From NCBI RefSeq assembly GCF_009914755.1, contig NC_060939.1: a stretch of DNA of 64,000 nt; one strand, written 5' to 3'. The DNA comes from the human T2T-CHM13v2.0 reference genome, Homo sapiens. This document shows, one piece after another, positions 44,563-59,500 of the stretch (its first letter is position 1; each line of letters begins with the position of its first letter). Made by a program: the position numbers and the translations under genes. Below the pieces are notes generated by a model. It ran no database searches. It worked only from the letters and a program-made list of their open reading frames with translations, and was not told where the DNA came from.

Positions 44563-47500
44563 TATAACTATTCTCTAGGATCTGACCACAGGGTGCTTTG
44601 TGACATATCCCTGCAATGATCACCGAGGTGATATACCACTTGCCAAGGCTCTGCCTACAGGGGCATTGCAATGTATCTCTGCACTGATCACCTAGGTCTT
44701 GTAACTCTTTTCTAGGATCTGCCTACAGGGTGCCTTGTGACGTATCCCAGCAAGGATTACCCAGGTGATGTACCTCTCATCAAGGCTCTGCCTACAGCCA
44801 CATTGCGATGTATCTCTGCACTGATCACCGAGGTCATGTAAGTTTTGTCTAGGCTCTGCCTACGATGGCATTGTGACATATCTCTGCACTAATCACCCAA
44901 GTGATGTAACTCTTGTCTAGGATCTGCCTAAATTAACTTTGTGACATAACCCTGTACTGATCATCCAGGTGATGGGGCTTTTGTCTGGGCTCTGCCTAAG
45001 GGGGCATTGTGACATATTTCTGCATTGAGCACCCAGGTGGCAAACTCTTCTCTTGCATCTGCCTATGGGGGCAATGTGACAAATCTCTGCACTGATCACC
45101 CAGGTGATGTAACTGTTGTGTAACCTCTGCCTACAGGGGAATTGTGAGAGATCTCGCCACTGATGAACCAAGTGATGTAACCATTGTCTAGGCTTTGCGT
45201 ACAGGGGGCTTTGTGACATTCCTTTGCACTGATCACCCAGGTGATGTAACACATCTAAGTTCGGCCTAAAGGAGCTTTGTGACATATCTTTGCACAGATC
45301 ACTTAGGTGATGTAACACTTTTATAAACACTGCCTACAGGGAATTTTGACAAATCTCTGCACTGATCACCTAGGTGATGTAACTCTTGTCTACCCTCTGT
45401 CCAACGGGGCATTGTGAAATATCTCTGCACTGATCACCCAGGTGATTCAACTCTTGACTAGGATCTGCCTACAGAGGTTATTGTGAAATATCTCTGCACT
45501 TATAAACTAGGTGGTGTAACCCTTGTCCAAGTTCTGCCTACAGGGGCGTTGTCACATATCCCTGAACTGATGACAAAGGTGATGTAGCTCTTGCCTAGGC
45601 TTTGCCTACAGGGGACATTGGACATATATCTGCACTGATCACCCAGGTGATGCAACTCTTGCCTAGGCTTTGCCTACAGGGGACATTGTGACATATCTCT
45701 ACACTGATCTCCCAGGTGCTGTAACTTTAGTCTAGGCTCTGGCTACACGGCATTGTGACATATCACTGCACTGATCACCCAGGTGATATAACACTTGACT
45801 AGGCTCTGCCTACAATGGTCTTGTGACATATCTCTGCACTGATCACACAGGTGATATAACTCTTCTCTAGGATCTGCCTACAGGGTGCTTTGTGACATAT
45901 CCCTGCACTGATCACCCAGGTGATCTAACTCTGGTCTAAGCTCCGCCTAAAGGGGCATTGTGACAGATCTCTGCACTGATCACTCAGGTGATGTAACTAT
46001 TGCCTAGGCTCTGATTAAAGGGGCCTTGTCACATATCTCTGCACTGATCACCCAGGTGATGTAACTCTTGTATAGCCTCTGCTTCCACGGCATATTGTGA
46101 CATATCTATGCACTGATCACCTTAGTGATGTAACAGCTGTGTAGGCTCGGCCTACTCGGGAATCTTGCCATATCTCTGCACTGTTAACCGAGGTGATTGA
46201 ACTCTTGTCTAGGCTGTGCCCACAGGGGGATTGAGACATATCTCTGCACTGATCCCGAGGTGATCCAACTCTTGCCTGGTCTCTGCCTACTGGGGACATT
46301 GTGACATATCTCTGCACTGATCTCCCAGGTGCTATAACTTTAGTCTAGGCTCTGGCTACACGGCATTGTGACATATGACTGCACTGATTACCCAGGCGAT
46401 ATAACTCTTGTCTCGGCTCTGCCTACAATGGTCTTGTGACATATCTCTGCACTGATCACCTAGGTGATATATCTCTTCTCTAGGATCAGACCACAGGGTG
46501 CTTTGTTACATATCCCTGTAATGATCACCCAGGGGTATACCACTTGCCAAATCTCTGCCTACAGGGGCATTGTAATATATCTCTGCACTGATCACCTAGG
46601 TCTTGTAACTCTTTTCTAGGATCTGCCTACAGGGTGCTTTGTGAAGTATCCCAGCAAGGATTACCCAGGTGTTGTACCTCTCATCAAGGCTCTGCCTACA
46701 GGCACATTGCGATGTATCTCTGCACTGATCACCGAGGTCATGTAAGTTTTGTCTAGGCTCTGCCTACGATGGCATTGTGACATATCTCTGCACTAATCAT
46801 CCAAGTGATGTAACTCTTGTCTAGGATCTGCCTAAATTAACTTTGTGACATAACCCTGTACTGATCATCCAGGTGATGGGGCTTTTGTCTAGACTCTGCC
46901 TAAGGGGGCATTGTGACATATTTCTGCATTGAGCACCCAGGTGACGAACTCTTCTCTCGCATCTACCTATGGGGGCATTGTGACAAATCTCTGCACTGAT
47001 CACCCAGGTGTCGTAACTGTTGTGTAACCTCTGCCTACAGGGGAATTGTGAGAGATCTCGCCACTGATCACCCAAGTGATGGAACCATTGTCTAGGCTTT
47101 GCGTCCAGGGGGCTTTGTGACATACCTTTGCACTGATCACCCAGTTGATGTAACACATCTAAGTTCGGCCTAAAGGAGCTTTGTGACATATCTCTGCACT
47201 GATCACTTTGGTGATGTAACACTTTTATAAGCACTGCCTACAGGGAATTTTGACAAATCTGTACACTGATCACCTAGGTGATGTAACTCTTGTCTACCCT
47301 CTGTCCAACGGGGCATTGTGAAATATCTCTGCACTGATCACCCAGGTGATTCAACTCTTGACTAGGATCTGCCTACAGAGGTTATTGTGAAATATCTCTG
47401 CACTGATAAACTAGGTGGTGTAACCCTTGTCCAAGTTCTGCCTTCAGGGGCGTTTTCACATATCCCTGAACTGATGACAAAGGTGATGTAGCTCTTGCCT

Positions 47501-50500
47501 AGGCTTTGCCTACAGGGGACATTGGACATATATCTGCACTGATCACCCAGGTGATGCAACTCTTGCCTAGGCTTTGCCTACAGGGGACATTGTGACATAT
47601 CTCTTCAATGATCACCCATGTGATGCAACTCTTGCCTAGGCTTTGCCTACAGGGGACATTGTGACATATCTCTGCACTGATTTCCCAGGTGCTGTAACTT
47701 TAGGCTAGGCTCTGGCTACACGGCATTGTGACATATCACTGCAATGATCAACCAGGTGATATAACCCCTGTATAGGCTCTGCCTACAGGGGGCTTGTGAC
47801 ATATGTCTGCACGGATCACCCAGGTGATATAGCTCTTCTCTAGGATCTGCGGACAGGGTGCTTTGTGACATATCCCAGCACTGATCACCCAGGTGATCTA
47901 ACTCTGGTCTAAGCTCTTCCTAAAGGGGCATTGTGACAGATCTCTGCACTGATCACTCAGGTGATGTAACTGTTGTCTAGGCTCTGCTTCAAGAGGCCTT
48001 GTCACAAATCTCTGCACTGATCACCCAGGTGATGTAACTCTTGTCTAGGCTCTGCTTCCAGGGCATATTGTGACATATCTATGCACTGTTCACCTTAGTG
48101 ATGTAACACTTGTGTAGGCTCGGCCTACAGGGGAATCTTGACATATCTCTGCACTGTTAACCGAGGTGATTTAACTCTTCTCTAGGTTGTGCCCAAAGGG
48201 GGATTGAGACATATCTCTGCACTGATCCCGAGGTGATCCAACTCTTGACTGGTCTCTGCCTACTGGGGAAATTGTGACATATCTCTGCACTGATCTCCCT
48301 TGTGCTGCAACTATAGTCTAGGCTCTGGCTACACGACATTGTGACATATCAATGCACTGATCACATAGGTGATATAACTCTTGTCTAGGCTCTGCCTACA
48401 ATGGCCTTGTGACATATCTCTGCACTGATCACCCAGGTGACATAACTATTCTCTAGGATCTGACCACAGGGTGCTTTGTGACATATCCCTGCAATGATCA
48501 CCCAGGTGATATACCACTTGCCAAGGCTCTGCCTACAGGGGCATTGCAATGTATCTCAGCACTGATCACCTAGGTCTTGTAACTGTTTTCTAGGATCTGC
48601 CTACAGGGTGCTTTGTGACGTATCCCAGCAAGGATTACCCAGGTGATGTACCGCTCATCAAGGCTCTGCCTACAGGCACATTGCGATGTATCTCTGCACT
48701 GATCAAATAGGTCATGTAACATTTGTCTAGTCTCTGCCTACGATGGCATTGTGACATATTTCTGCACTAATCATCCAAGTGATGTAACTCTTGTCTAGGA
48801 TCTGCCTACACTAACTTTGTGACATAATCCTGTACAGATCATCCAGGTGATGGGGTTTTTGTCTAGGCTCTGCCTAAGGAGGCATTGTGACATATTTCTG
48901 CATTGATCACCCAGGTGGCGAACTCTTCTCTTGGATCTGCCTATGGGGGCATTGTGACAAATCTCTGCACTGATCACCCAGGTGCCGTAACTGTTGTGTA
49001 ACCTCTGCCTACAGGGGAATTGTGAGAGATCTCGCCACTGATCACCCAAGTGATGGAACCATTGTCTAGGCTTTGCGAACAGGGGGTTTGTGACATACCT
49101 TTGCACTGATCACCCAGGTGATGTAACACATCTAAGTTCGGCCTAAAGGAGCTTTGTGACATATCTCTGCACTGATCAACCAGGTGATATAACCCCTGTA
49201 TAGGCTCTGCCTACAGGGGGCTTGTGACATATCTCTGCAAGGATCACCCAGGTGATATAGCTCTTCTCTACGATCTGCCTACAGGGTGCTTTGTGTCATA
49301 TCCCTGCACTGATCACCCAGGTGATCTAACTCTTGTCTAAGCTCTTCCTAAAGGGACATTGTGACAGATCTCTGCACTGATCACTCAGGTGATGTAACTG
49401 TTGTCTAGGCTCTGCTTCAAGAGGCCTTGTCACAAATCTCTGCACTGATCACCCAGGTGATGTAACTCTTGTCTAGGCTCTGCTTCCAGGGCATATTGTG
49501 ACATATCTATGCACTGTTCCCCTTAGTGATGTAACACTTGTGTAGGCTCGGCCTACAGGGGAATCTTGACATATCTCTGCACTGTTAACCGAGGTGATTT
49601 AACCCTTCTCTAGGCTGTGCCCAAAGGGGGATGGAGACATATCTCTGCACTGATCCCGAGGTGATCCAACTCTTGCCTGGTCTCTGCCTACTGGGGACAT
49701 TGTGACATATCTCTGCACTGATCTCCCTTGTGCTGCAACTATAGTCTAGGCTCTGGCTACACGACATTGTGACATATCAGTGCACTGATCACAAAGGTGA
49801 TATAACTCTTGTCTAGGCTCTGCCTACAATGGTCTTGTGACATATCTCTGCACTGATCACCCAGGTGATATAACTATTCTCTAGGATCTGACCACAGGGT
49901 GCTTTGTGACATATCCCTGCAATGATCACCCAGGTGATATACCACTTGCCAAGGCTCTGCCTACAGGGGCATTGCAATGTATCTCAGCACTGATCACCTA
50001 GGTCTTGTAACTCTTTTCTAGGATCTGCCTACAGGGTGCTTTGTGACGTATCCCAGCAAGGATTACCCAGGTGATGTACCGCTCATCAAGGCTCTGCCTA
50101 CAGGCACATTGCGATGTATCTCTGCACTGATCACCTAGGTCATGTAACATTTGTCTAGTCTCTGCCTACGATGGCATTGTGACATATTTCTGCACTAATC
50201 ATCCAAGTGATGTAACTCTTGTCTAGGATCTGCGAACACTAACTTTGTGACATAATCCTGTACAGATCATCCAGGTGATGGGGTTTTTGTCTAGGCTCTG
50301 CCTAAGGGGGCATTGTGACATATTTCTGCATTGATCACCCAGGTGGCGAACTCTTCTCTTGGATCTGCCTATGGGGGCATTGTGACAAATCTCTGCACTC
50401 ATCACCCAGGTGCTGTAACTGTTGTGTAACCTCTGCCTACAGGGGAATTGTGAGAGATCTCGCCACTGATCACCCAAGTGATGTAACCATTGTCTAGGAT

Positions 50501-53500
50501 TTGCGAACAGGGGGTTTGTGACATACCTTTGCACTGATCACCCAGGTGATGTAACACATCTAAGTTCGGCCTAAAGGAGCTTTGTGACATATCTCTGCAC
50601 TGATCAACCAGGTGATATAACTCTTTTATAGGTTCTGCCTACAGGGGACATTGTGACATATCACTTCAATGATCACCCATGTGATGCAACTCTTGCCTAG
50701 GCTTTGCCTACAGGGTACATTGTGACATATCTCTGCACTGATTTCCCAGGTGCTGTAACTTTAGGCTAGGCTCTGGCTACACGGCATTGTGACATATCAC
50801 TGCACTGATCAACCAGGTGATATAACCCCTGTATAGGCTCTGCCTACAGGGGGCTTGTGACATATCTCTGCACAGATCACCCAGGTGATATAGCTCTTCT
50901 CTAGGATCTGCCTACAGGTTGCTTTGTGACATATCCCTGCACTGATCACCCAGGTGATCTAACTCTGGTCTAAGCTCTTCCTAAAGGGGCATTGTGACAG
51001 ATCTCTGCACTGATCACTCAGGTGATGTAACTGTTGTCTAGGCTCTGCTTCAAGGGGCCTTGTCACAAATCTCTGCACTGATCACCCTGGTGATGTAACT
51101 CTTGTCTAGGCTCTGCTTCCAGGGCATATTGTGACATATCTATGCACTGATCACCTTAGTGATGTAACACTTGTGTAGGCTCGGCCTACAGGGGAATCTT
51201 GACATATCTCTGCACTGTTAACCGAGGTGATTTAACTCTTCTCTATGCTGTGCCCACAGGGGGATTGAGACATATCTCTGCACTGATCCCGAGGTGATCC
51301 AACTCTTGCCTGGTCTCTGCCTACTGTGGACATTGTGACATATCTCTGCACTGATCTCCCTTGTGCTGCAACTTTCGTCTAGGCTCTGGCTACACGACAT
51401 TGTGACATATCAGTGCACTGATCACATAGGTGATATAACTCTTTTCTAGGCTCTGCCTACAATGGTCTTGTGACATATCTCTGCACTGATCACCCAGGTG
51501 ATATAACTATTCTCTAGGATCTGACCACAGGGTGCTTTGTGACATATCCCTGCAATGATCACCCAGGTGATATACCACTTGCCAAGGCTCTGCCTACAGG
51601 GGCATTGCAATGTATCTCAGCACTGATCACCTAGGTCTCGTAACTCTTTTCTAGGATCTGCCTACATGGTGCTTTGTGACGTATCCCAGCAAGGATTACC
51701 CAGGTGATGTACCGCTCATCAAGGCTCTGCCTACAGGCACATTGCGATGTTTCTCTGCACTGATCACCTAGGTCATGTAACTTTGTCTAGTCTCTGCCTA
51801 CGATGGCATTGTGACATATTTCTGCACTAATCATCCAAGTGATGTAACTCTTGTCTAGGATCTGCCTACATTAACTTTGTGACATCATCTTGTACTGATC
51901 ATCCAGGTGATGGGGTTTTTGTCTAGGCTCTGCCTAAGGGGGCATTGTGACATATTTCTGCATTGATCACCCAGGTGGCGAACTCTTCTCTTGGATCTGC
52001 CTATGGGGGCATTGTGACAAATCTCTGCACTGATCACCCAGGTGTCGTAACTGTGGTGTAACCTCTGCCTACAGGGGAATTGTGAGAGATCTCGCCACTG
52101 ATCACCCAAGTGATGTAACCATTGTCTAGGCTTTGCGTACAGGGGGCTTTGTGACATACCTTTGCACTGATCACCCAGGTGATGTAACACATCTAAGTTC
52201 GGCCTAAAGGAGCTTTGTGACATATCTCTGCACTGATCACTTAGGTGATGTAACACTTTTATAAGCACTGCCTACAGGGAATTTTGACAAATCTGTTCAA
52301 TGATCACCTAGGTGATGTAACTCTTGTCTACCCTCTGTCCAACGGGGCATTGTGAAATATCTCTGCACTGATGACCGAGGTGATTCAACTCTTGACTAGG
52401 ATCTGCCTACAGAGGTTATTGTGAAATATCTCTGCACTGATAAACTAGGTGGTGTAACCCTTGTCCAAGTTCTGCCTACAGGGGCGTTTTCACATATCCC
52501 TGAACTGATGACAAAGGTGATGTAACTCTTGCGTAGGCTTTGCCTACAGGGGACATTGTGACATATCTCTTCAATGATCACCCAGGTGATGCAACTCTTG
52601 CCTAGGCTTTGCCTACAGGGGACATTGTGACATATCTCTTCAATGATCACCCATGTGATGCAACTCTTGCCTAGGCTTTGCCTACAAGGGACATTGTGAC
52701 ATATCTCTGCACTGATTTCGCAGGTGCTGTAACTTTAGGCTAGGCTCTGGCTACACGGCATTGTGACATATCACTGCACTGATCAACCAGGTGATATAAC
52801 CCCTGTATAGGCTCTGCCTACAGGGGGCTTGTGACATATGTCTGCACGGATCACCCAGGTGATATAGCTCTTCTCTAGGATCTGCCTACAGGTTGCTTTG
52901 TGACATATCCCTGCACTGATCACCCAGGTGATCTAACTCTGGTCTAAGCTCTTCCTAAAGGGGCATTGTGACAGATCTCTGCACTGATCACTCAGGTGAT
53001 GTAACTGTTGTCTAGGCTCTGCTTCAAGGGGCCTTGTCACAAATCTCTGCACTGATCACCCAGGTGATGTAACTCTTGTCTAGGCTCTGCTTCCAGGGCA
53101 TATTGAGACATATCTATGCACTGATCACCTTAGTGATGTAACACTTGTGTAGGCTCGGCCTACAGGGGAATCTTGACATATCTCTGCACTGTTAACCGAG
53201 GTGATTTAACTCTTCTCTAGGCTGTGCCCACAGGGGGATTGAGACATACCTCTGCACTGATCCCGAGGTGATCCAACTCTTGCCTGGTCTCTGCCTACTG
53301 GGGACATTGTGACATATCTCTGCACTGATCTCCCTTGTGCTGCAACTTTCGTCTAGGCTCTGGCTACACGACATTGTGACATATCAGTGCACTGATCACA
53401 TAGGTGATATAACTCTTGTCTAGGCTCTGCCTACAATGGTCTTGTGACATATCTCTGCACTGTTCACCCAGGTGATATAACTATTCTCTAGGATCTGAAC

Positions 53501-56500
53501 ACAGGGTGCTTTGTGACATATCCCTGCAATGATCACCCAGGTGATATACCACTTGCCAAGGCTCTGCCTACAGGGGCATTGCAATGTATCTCAGCACTGA
53601 TCACCTAGGTCTCGTAACTCTTTTGTAGGATCGGCCTACAGGGTGCTTTGTGTCGTATCCCAGCAAGGATTACCCAGGTGATGTACCGCTCATCAAGGAT
53701 CTGCCTACAGGCACATTGCGATGTATCTCTGCACTGATCACCTAGGTCATGTAACCTTTGTCTAGTCTCTGCCTACGATGGCATTGTGACATATTTCTGC
53801 ACTAATCATCCAAGTGATGTAACTCTTGTCTAGGATCTGCTTACATTAACTTTGTGACACAATCCTGTACTGATCATCCAGGTGATGGGGTTTTTGTCTA
53901 GGCTCTGCCTAAGGGGGCATTGTGACATATTTCTGCATTGATCACCCAGGTGGCGGACTCTTCTCTTGGATCTGCCTATGGGGGCATTGGGACAAATCTC
54001 TGCACTGATCACCCAGGTGTCGTAACTGTTGTGTAACCTCTGCCTACAGTGGAATTGTGAGAGATGTCGCCACTGATCACCCAAGTGATGTAACCATTTT
54101 CTAGGCTTTGCGTACAGGGGGCTTTGTGACATACCTTTGCACTGATCACCCAGGTGAGGTAACACATCTAAGTTCGGCCTAAAGGAGCTTTGTGACAAAT
54201 CTCTGCACTGATCACTTAGGTGATGTAACACTTTTATAAGCACTGCCTACACGGAATTTTGACAAATCTGTACACTGATCACCTAGGTGATGAAACCCTT
54301 GTCTACCTCCTGTCCAACGGGTCATTGTGAAATATCTCTGCACTGATCACCCAGGTGATTCAACTCTTGACTAGGATCTGCCTACAGAGGTTATTTTGAA
54401 ATATCTCTGCACTGATAAACTAGGTGGTGTAACCCTTGTCCAAGCTCTGCCTACAGGGACGTTTTCACATATCCCTGAACTGATGACAGTGGTGATGTAA
54501 CACTTGCCTAGGCTTTGCCTACAAGGGACATTGGACATATACCTGCACTGATCTCCCAGGTGATGCAACTCTGGCCTAGGCTTTGCCTACAGGGGACATT
54601 GTGACATATCTCTTCAATGATCACCCATGTGATGCAAGTCTTGCCTAGGCTTTGCCTACAGGGGACATTGTGACATATCTCTGCACTGATCTCCCAGGTG
54701 CTGTAACTTTAGTCTTGGTTCTGGCTACACGGCATTCAGACATATCACTGCACTGATCAACCAGGTGATATAACTCTTGTATAGGCTCTGCCTACAGGGG
54801 GCTTGTGACATATCTCGGCACTGATCACCCAGGTGATATAGCTCTTCTCTAGGATCTGCCTACAGGGTGCTTTGTGACATATCTCTGCACTGATCACTAA
54901 GGTGATCTAACTCTGGTCTAAGCTCTGCCTAAAGGGGCATTGTGACAGATCTCTGCACTGATCACTCAGGTGATGTAACTGCTGTCTAGGCTCTGCTTCA
55001 AGGGGCCTTGTCACATATCTCTGCACTTATCACCCAGGTGATGTAACTCTTGTCTAGGCTCTGCTTCCAGGGCATATTGTGACATATCTATGCACTGATC
55101 ACCTTAGTGATGTAACACTTGTGTAGGCTCGGCCTACAGGGGAATCTTGACATATCTCCGCACTGTTAACCGAGGTGATTTAACTCTTGTCTAGGCTGTG
55201 CCCACAGGGGAATTCAGATATATCTCTGCACTGATCCCGAGGTGTTCCAACTCTTGCCTGGTCTCTGCCTACTGGGGACATTGTGACATATCTCTGCACT
55301 GATCTCCCAGGTGCTGCAACTGTATTCTAGGCTCTGGCTACACGACATTGTGACATATCACTGCACTGATCACCCAGGTGATATAACTCTTGTCTAGGCT
55401 CTGCCAACAATTATCTTGTGACATATCTCTGCACTGATCACCCAGGTGATATAACTATTCTCTAGGATCTGACCACAGGGTGCTTTGTGACATATCCCTG
55501 CAATGATCACCCAGGTGATATACCACTTGCCAAGGCTCTGCCTACAGGGGCATTGCAATGTATCTCTGCACTGATCACCTAGGTCTTGTAACTCTTTTCT
55601 AGGATCTGCCTACAGGGCGCTTTGTGACGTATCCCAGCAAGGATTACCCAGGTGATGTACCGCTCATCAAGGCTCTGCCTACCGGCACATTGCGTTGTAT
55701 CTCTGCACTGATCATCTAGGTCATGTAACCTTTGTCTAGGCTCTGCCTACGATGGCATTGTGACATATCTCTGCACTAATCATCCAAGTGATGTAATACT
55801 TGTCTAGGATCTACCTAAATTAACTTTGTGACATAACCCTGTACTGATCATCCAGGTGATGGGGCTTTTGTCTAGGCTCTGCCTAAGTGGGCATTGTGAC
55901 ATATTTCTGCATTGATCACCCAGGTGGCGAACTCTTCTTTTGAATCTGCCTATGGGGGCATTGTGACAAATCTCTGCACTGATAACCCAGGTGACGTAAC
56001 TGTTGTGTAACCTCTGCCTAGAGGGGAATTGTGAGAGATCTCGCCACTGATCACCCAAGTGATGTAACCATTCTCGAGGCTTTGCGTACAGGGGGCTTTG
56101 TGACATACCTTTGCACTGATCACCCAGGTGATGTAACACATCTAAGTTCGGCCTAAAGTAGCTTTGTGACATATCTCTCCACTGATCACTTAGGTGATGT
56201 AACACTTTTATAACCACTGCCTACAGGGAATTTTGACAAATCTGTACACTGATCACCTAGGTGATGTAACTCTTGTCTACCCTCTGTCCAACGGGGCATT
56301 GTGAAATATCTCTGCACTGATCACCCAGGTGATTCAACTCTTGACTAGGATCTGCCCACAGAGGTTATTTTGAAATATCTCTGCACTGATAAACTAGGGG
56401 GTGTAACCCTTGTCCAAGCTCTGCCTACAGGGGCGTTTTCACATATCCCTGAACTGATGACAGAGGTGATGTAACCCTTGCTTAGGCTTTGCCTACAGGG

Positions 56501-59500
56501 GACATTGGACATATATCTGCACTGATCTCCCAGGAGATGCAACTCTGGCCTAGGCTTTGCCTACAGGGGACATTGTGACATATCTCTTCAATGATCACCC
56601 ATGTGATGCAACTGTTGCCTAGGTTTTGCCTACAGGGGACATTGTGACATATCTCTGCACTGATCTCCCAGGTGCTGTAACTTTAGTCTAGGGTCTGGCT
56701 ACACGGCATTGTGACATATCACTGCACTGATCAACCAGGTGATATAACTCTTTTATAGGTTCTGCCTACAGGGGACATTGTGACATATCACTTCAATGAT
56801 CACCCATGTGATGCAACTCTTGCCTAGGCTTTGCCTACAGGGTACATTGTGACATATCTCTGCACTGATTTCCCAGGTGCTGTAACTTTAGGCTAGGCTC
56901 TGGCTACACGGCATTGTGACATATCACTGCACTGATCAACCAGGTGATATAACCCCTGTATAGGCTCTGCCTACAGGGGGCTTGTGACATATCTCTGCAC
57001 AGATCACCCAGGTGATATAGCTCTTCTCTAGGATCTGCCTACAGGGTGCTTTGTGACATATCCCTGCACTGATCACCCAGGTGATCTAACTCTGGTCTAA
57101 GCTCTTCCTAAAGGGGCATTGTGACAGATCTCTGCACTGATCACTCAGGTGATGTAACTGTTGTCTAGGCTCTGCTTCAAGGGGCCTTGTCACAAATCTC
57201 TGCACTGATCACCCTGGTGATGTAACTCTTGTCTAGGCTCTGCTTCCAGGGCATATTGTGACATATCTATGCACTGATCACCTTAGTGATGTAACACTTG
57301 TGTAGGCTCGGCCTACAGGGGAATCTTGACATATCTCTGCACTGTTAACCGAGGTGATTTAACTCTTCTCTAGGCTGTGCCCACAGGGGGATTGAGACAT
57401 ATCTCTGCACTGATCCCGAGGTGATCCAACTCTTGCCTGGTCTCTGCCTACTGGGGACATTGTGACATATCTCTGCACTGATCTCCCTTGTGCTGCAACT
57501 TTCGTCTAGGCTCTGGCTACACGACATTGTGACATATCAGTGCACTGATCACATAGGTGATATAACTCTTGTCTAGGCTCTGCCTACAATGGTCTTGTGA
57601 CATATCCCTGCACTGATCACCCAGGTGATATAACTATTCTCTAGGATCTGACCACAGGGTGCTTTGTGACATATCCCTGCAAAGATCACCCAGGTGATAT
57701 ACCACTTGCCAAGGCTCTGCCTACAGGGGCATTGCAATGTATCTCAGCACTGATCACCTAGGTCTCGTAACTCTTTGCTAGGATCTGCTTACAGGGTGCT
57801 TTGTGACGTATCCCAGCAAGGATTACCCAGGTGATGTACCGCTCATCAAGGCTCTGCCTACAGGCGCATTGCGATGTTTCTCTGCACTGATCACCTAGGT
57901 TATGTAACCTTTGTCTAGTCTCTGCCTACGATGGCATTGTGACATATTTCTGCACTAATCATCCAAGTGATGTAACTCTTGTCTAGGATCTGCCTACATT
58001 AACTTTGTGACATAATCCTGTACTGATCATCCAGGTGATGGGGTTTTCGTCTAGGCTCTGCGTAAGGGGGCATTGTGACATATTTCTGCTTGATCACACA
58101 GGTGGCGAACTCTTCTCTTGGATCTGCCTATGGGGGCATTGTGACAAATCTCTGCACTGATCACCCAGGTGATGTAACTGTTGTGTAACCTCTGACTACA
58201 GGGGAATTGTGAGAGATCTCGCCATTGATCACCCAAATGATGTAACCATTCTCTAGGCTTTGCGTACAGGGTGCTTTGTGACATACCTTTGCACTGATCA
58301 CCCAGGTGATGTAACACATCTAAGTTCGGCCTAAAGGAGCTTTGTGACATATCTCTGCACTGATCACTTAGGTGATGTAACACTTTTATAACCACTGCCT
58401 GCAGGGAATTTTGACAAATCTGTACACTGATCACCTAGGTGATGTAACTCTTCTCTACCCTCTGTCCAACGGGTCATTGTGAAATATCTCTGCACTGATC
58501 ACCCAGGTGATTCAACTCTTGACTAGGATCTGCCTACAGAGGTTATTTTGAAATATCTCTGCACTGATGAACTAGGTGTTGTAACCCTTGTCCAAGCTCT
58601 GCCTACAGGGGCCTTTTCACATATCCCTGAACTGATGACAGAGGTGATGTAACCCTTGCCTAGGCTTTGCCTACAGGGGACATTGGACATATATCTGCAC
58701 TGATCTCCCAGGAGATGCAACTCTGGCCTAGGCTTTGCCTACAGGGGACATTGTGACATATCTCTTCAATGATCACCCATGTGATGCAACTGTTGCCTAG
58801 GCTTTGCCTACAGGGGACATTGTGGCATATCTCTGCACTGATCTCCCAGGTGCTGTAACTTTAGTCTAGGGTCTGGCTACACGGCATTGTGACATATCAC
58901 TGCACTGATCAACCAGGTGATATAACTCTTTTATAGGTTCTGCCTACAGGGGACATTGTGACATATCTCTGCACTGATCTCACAGGTGCTGTAACTTTAG
59001 TCTAGGTTCTGGCTACACGGCATTGTGACATATCACTGCACTGATCAACCAGGTGATATAACTCTTTTATACGCTCTGCCTACAGGGGGCTTGTGACATA
59101 TCTCTGCACTGATCACCTAGGTGATATAGCTCTTCTCTAGGATCTGCCTACAGGGTGCTTTGTGACATATCCCTGCACTGATCACCCAGGTGATCTAACT
59201 CTGGTCTAAGCTCTGCCTAAAGGGGCATTGTGACAGATCCCTGCACTGATCACTCAGGTGATGTAACTGTTGTCTAGGCTCTGCTTCAAGGGGCCTTGTC
59301 ACATATCTCTGCACTTATCACCCAGGTGATGTAACTCTTGTCTAGGCTCTGTTTCCAGGGCATATTGTGACATATCTATGCACTGATCACCTTAGTGATG
59401 TAACACATGTGTAGGCTCGGCCTACAGGGGAATCTTGACATATCTCCTTACTGTTTACCGAGGTGATTAACTCTTGTCTAGGCTGTGCCCACAGGGAAAT

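Noticed and set aside
21859-44619. Many long ORFs (up to 811 aa) of HSIPF/HSTPL or MEWNG repeats
   Set aside because: They are automatic translations of stop-poor pentamer repeats, open in several frames on both strands, with no gene structure.
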